Shown here: positions 61,208 through 64,000 of the stretch, one piece after another
Numbering within the stretch: the stretch's first letter is position 1
How the letters are laid out: each line of letters starts with the position of its first letter
Origin: Nitrosopumilus sp.
GTDB taxonomy: Archaea > Thermoproteota > Nitrososphaeria > Nitrososphaerales > Nitrosopumilaceae
NCBI GenBank assembly: GCA_965238275.1
Contig: OZ250186.1
Span: 1,216,001 to 1,280,000, forward strand
DNA length: 64,000 nucleotides
Direction: 5' to 3'
The notes under the pieces: model-generated
The model's input: the letters and a program-made list of their open reading frames with translations, nothing else
Databases searched by the model: none
Told to the model about the DNA's origin: nothing
Translations under genes and position numbers: made by a program

Positions 61208-64000
61208 ATGCTTGACCACACTAAACCCAGCAGGATGGCGCTGTTTGCAGTGGTGCTAATCGTTGCGGCCGTAGCCGCCAACCTCGTGTGGTATGGCGGG
61301 ACGAACCAGTTTGTGGTTGATGGCGGGAAACCTGGGCCGGGACTGCTGCCGGATGGCACCGCCTGGCCGGGGTTGGAGGCTGCGGTATCGGCAGGCATGC
61401 CGGGCCACGCCCACGCCGAACAGAACCAACAGGTTACTGGTGGGTTGGATCTGGTGGCGTCCATCCATGATGGCACCGACGGCTTTACGGGTCTTCACCA
61501 TCCGCGCAGCGTAGCTACCTTTCAGATGGGCAGGAACACATACGCGGCAATCGCCGCATCAGATGACGGCGTCCAGATAGTCGACGTCACCAACCCATCC
61601 AATCCTTCAGCGATCGCACACCTTAGGGACAGCGACACACGCGAACTCGATGGCGCGCGTGACATAAAGATATTCGAGATCAGCGGCAAGACATACGCTA
61701 TTGTTGGGGGATCCAGAGACAACGGCGTCCAGATAGTCGACGTCACCGACCCGCGCCAGCCGGTTGCGGCAGGACGCATTACCGACGAATACCTGAAAGA
61801 ATCTTACCGCCAGCATTACCGCACTCAGATCACGCCGGACTTTCACAATCCGCTTGGCGTTGCAATCTTCGAGAGGGGAGGGGATCTCTACGCGATCGTC
61901 ACGGCAACAGACGAGATTGCCGTCCAGATCTTCAACATCACAGACCCGCTCAACCCAACCCCGGCGGGGCACATGCAGGACGACGACAATCTCGAGCTTA
62001 GAGGTGCGCTTGGTGTCGACACGTTTGAGATAGACGGTGGCACGTACGCGATTGTCGTTGGACACAGGGACGACGGTGTGCAGATAGTCAACGTGACCGA
62101 CCCGCATGCCCCTGTTGCCGCAGGTTCCGTGGCAGACAACGCCAATTTGGAGCTATACCACGCCACCGGCGTCACTATATTCAAGTCCGGGAACAGCACG
62201 TACGCGGCGGTCGCGGGATACGAAGACTATGGAATGCAGATAATCGACGTCACGGATCCGCTCAACCCCGCTCCTGCCGGGAGCGTCACCAAAGTGAGTG
62301 ATACACTCGGGTATAGCACCGCGTCTCAGGTTGACATCTTTTATGCCGGAGGCGGCACGTACGCGGTCGTCACGTCATTTAACGGCGGATACATCTATCT
62401 GGTGGATCTTACCGATCCCTACAACCCGGCCAACCTAGCATACATCCAAACTCCTTACCGCATGGGCAACGGAGGGTACGGCGTCGACGTCTTTGAGACC
62501 GGCGGCGGCCTGTACGCGATCACTACGGCATACAAATCGAACTACGCCCATATCCTGCAGATCAGCATGACAGTCGACCGGCCACCCTGGGTAGCCGTCA
62601 ACTTGCAGCCGTTCGTATCGATACCGGCCGGCAGCGCCTATGAGGACGCAGGCGCCACCTGTACCGACGAGGCCGAAGGTGACCTCACGGGGCAGGTACT
62701 GACCGCCTCTAACGTCGACACCGCCGTACCCGGCACGTATGCCGTCACGTACACGTGCGCCGACACGGCGGGCAACGAGGCGACTGCCACGCGGACGGTG
62801 GTCGTGACGACGCCCCCTGCCCCGCTTCCTGTTGGCGCCCCGGTCATTGACGTTATCGGAGCCACTCCGGCCGAGGTGGCCGTCGGGGACGCCTACGCCG
62901 ACGCGGGAGCCACCTGCACAGACGAGGACTATGGAGACCTGACCGACAAGATAAGGATCGCATCCGACGTCAACGTATATGCGCACGGCAACTACACAGT
63001 CACCTACAGGTGCGCTGACTCGGAGGACAACGAGGCGACTGCCACGCGGACGGTGACCGTGACGGATGCAGACGCCCCCAGCATCTCCCGCACCGGCCAC
63101 TCCCCTGCCAAGATATACGTTGGGGACGCCTACGCCGACGCGGGAGCCACCTGCATGGACAGGGTGGAGGGCGACCTCACCGACAGCATGACGATCACCG
63201 GCAGCGTAGACACCTCTGCTGCTGGATCGTACACGATAACCTATTCGTGTGCCGACTCGGTGGGCAACGCGGCCGCCGACGCTTCCCGAACCGTGATCGT
63301 GCTTGATCCCGTTTCTGTAATTGCCGACGGGGTGGGAAACTTTACCGAGCTTGAAGGCGCGTACGGCGTCGAGATCTTTGAGAGTGGCAACAGCACGTAC
63401 GCGATTGTCACCGGATCCCACGACGACGGCGTGCAGATAATTGATGTCACCGACCCGAACCGCCCCGCGGCGGCCGGAAGCATCTCGGACAGTGCCGTTC
63501 TGGAGCTTGAAGGCGCGTACGGCGTCGAGATCTTTGAGAGTGGCAACAGCACGTACGCGATAGTCACCGGGTTCTACGACGACGGCGTGCAGATAATCGA
63601 CGTCACAGACCCGTTCAACCTCGCGGCGGCCGGGAGCATCTCTGACGGCGCCGGCCTGAAGCTTGACGGCGCATCCGACGTAGAGGTTTTTGAGAGAGGT
63701 GGCAGCACCTACGCGATAGTCGCGTCATACACCGACGACGGCGTGCAGATAATCGACGTCACAGACCCGTTCAACCCCGCGGCGGCCGGAAGCATCTCGG
63801 ACAGTGCCGTTCTGGAGCTTGACGGCGCGTACGGCGTCGAGATCTTTGAGAGAGGTGGCAGCACCTACGCGATAGTCGTCGGACACGAGGACAACGGCAT
63901 CCAGATAATCGACGTCACCGACCCTGCCAATCCGACCGCGATGGGCCACCTCTCCGACAGCCGCCGCCATCACCTTAATGGCCCGACAGATGTGGCCGTC
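61208..64000 (+). CDS. Surface protein 5 (runs off the window; not in ORF track): LVIVD-like propeller repeats and three DUF5011-like Ig domains
   Basis: MLDHTKPSRMALFAVVLIVAAVAANL...GHAHAEQ; GVQIVDVTDP repeats; GATC.D..EGDLT repeats; frame consistent at start and window end. Confidence 0.82.
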   Translation, partial: MLDHTKPSRMALFAVVLIVAAVAANLVWYGGTNQFVVDGGKPGPGLLPDGTAWPGLEAAVSAGMPGHAHAEQNQQVTGGLDLVASIHDGTDGFTGLHHPRSVATFQMGRNTYAAIAASDDGVQIVDVTNPSNPSAIAHLRDSDTRELDGARDIKIFEISGKTYAIVGGSRDNGVQIVDVTDPRQPVAAGRITDEYLKESYRQHYRTQITPDFHNPLGVAIFERGGDLYAIVTATDEIAVQIFNITDPLNPTPAGHMQDDDNLELRGALGVDTFEIDGGTYAIVVGHRDDGVQIVNVTDPHAPVAAGSVADNANLELYHATGVTIFKSGNSTYAAVAGYEDYGMQIIDVTDPLNPAPAGSVTKVSDTLGYSTASQVDIFYAGGGTYAVVTSFNGGYIYLVDLTDPYNPANLAYIQTPYRMGNGGYGVDVFETGGGLYAITTAYKSNYAHILQISMTVDRPPWVAVNLQPFVSIPAGSAYEDAGATCTDEAEGDLTGQVLTASNVDTAVPGTYAVTYTCADTAGNEATATRTVVVTTPPAPLPVGAPVIDVIGATPAEVAVGDAYADAGATCTDEDYGDLTDKIRIASDVNVYAHGNYTVTYRCADSEDNEATATRTVTVTDADAPSISRTGHSPAKIYVGDAYADAGATCMDRVEGDLTDSMTITGSVDTSAAGSYTITYSCADSVGNAAADASRTVIVLDPVSVIADGVGNFTELEGAYGVEIFESGNSTYAIVTGSHDDGVQIIDVTDPNRPAAAGSISDSAVLELEGAYGVEIFESGNSTYAIVTGFYDDGVQIIDVTDPFNLAAAGSISDGAGLKLDGASDVEVFERGGSTYAIVASYTDDGVQIIDVTDPFNPAAAGSISDSAVLELDGAYGVEIFERGGSTYAIVVGHEDNGIQIIDVTDPANPTAMGHLSDSRRHHLNGPTDVAV

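Overview
Archaeal window, most likely an ammonia-oxidising thaumarchaeon (Nitrosopumilaceae). This rests on the gene set and order; a host-associated (e.g. sponge) lifestyle is inferred only from the IS load and giant repeat surface proteins. 1-10.1 kb is core genome: ADP-forming acyl-CoA synthetase and enoyl-CoA hydratase of the 3HP/4HB cycle, A-type Fe-S carrier, dnaG, ribK, ribL, dph5, lysK-lysX-lysW. An accessory island starts right after lysW. It opens with an N-terminal fragment of a tyrosine recombinase and tandem palindromes. Next come a nuclease-like gene and rmuC, each followed by a homologous ~200-bp non-coding element built from a repeated 23-bp motif, then a nested IS cluster (ISH3-like, IS66 remnant, IS481, IS5-like). 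A full-length tyrosine recombinase follows, with Asp at the usual first catalytic Arg position and a CAG microsatellite tail. About 40 kb then encodes five co-oriented giant modular surface proteins (beta-propeller, PKD/Ig, S8 protease, FN3 and ten capped DUF285/BspA repeat blocks). They share an AFAQ-type leader and, where the 3' end is intact, a C-terminal anchor-like module. A second nested IS cluster interrupts the array at 57.7-61.0 kb. The most interesting signals are the candidate recombination-site arrays around rmuC, the atypical recombinase pair, mosaic shuffling of 75-bp repeat units, an in-frame FN3 cassette with 8-bp direct repeats, and poly-G tracts at gene starts. All calls are by eye; no database search was run.
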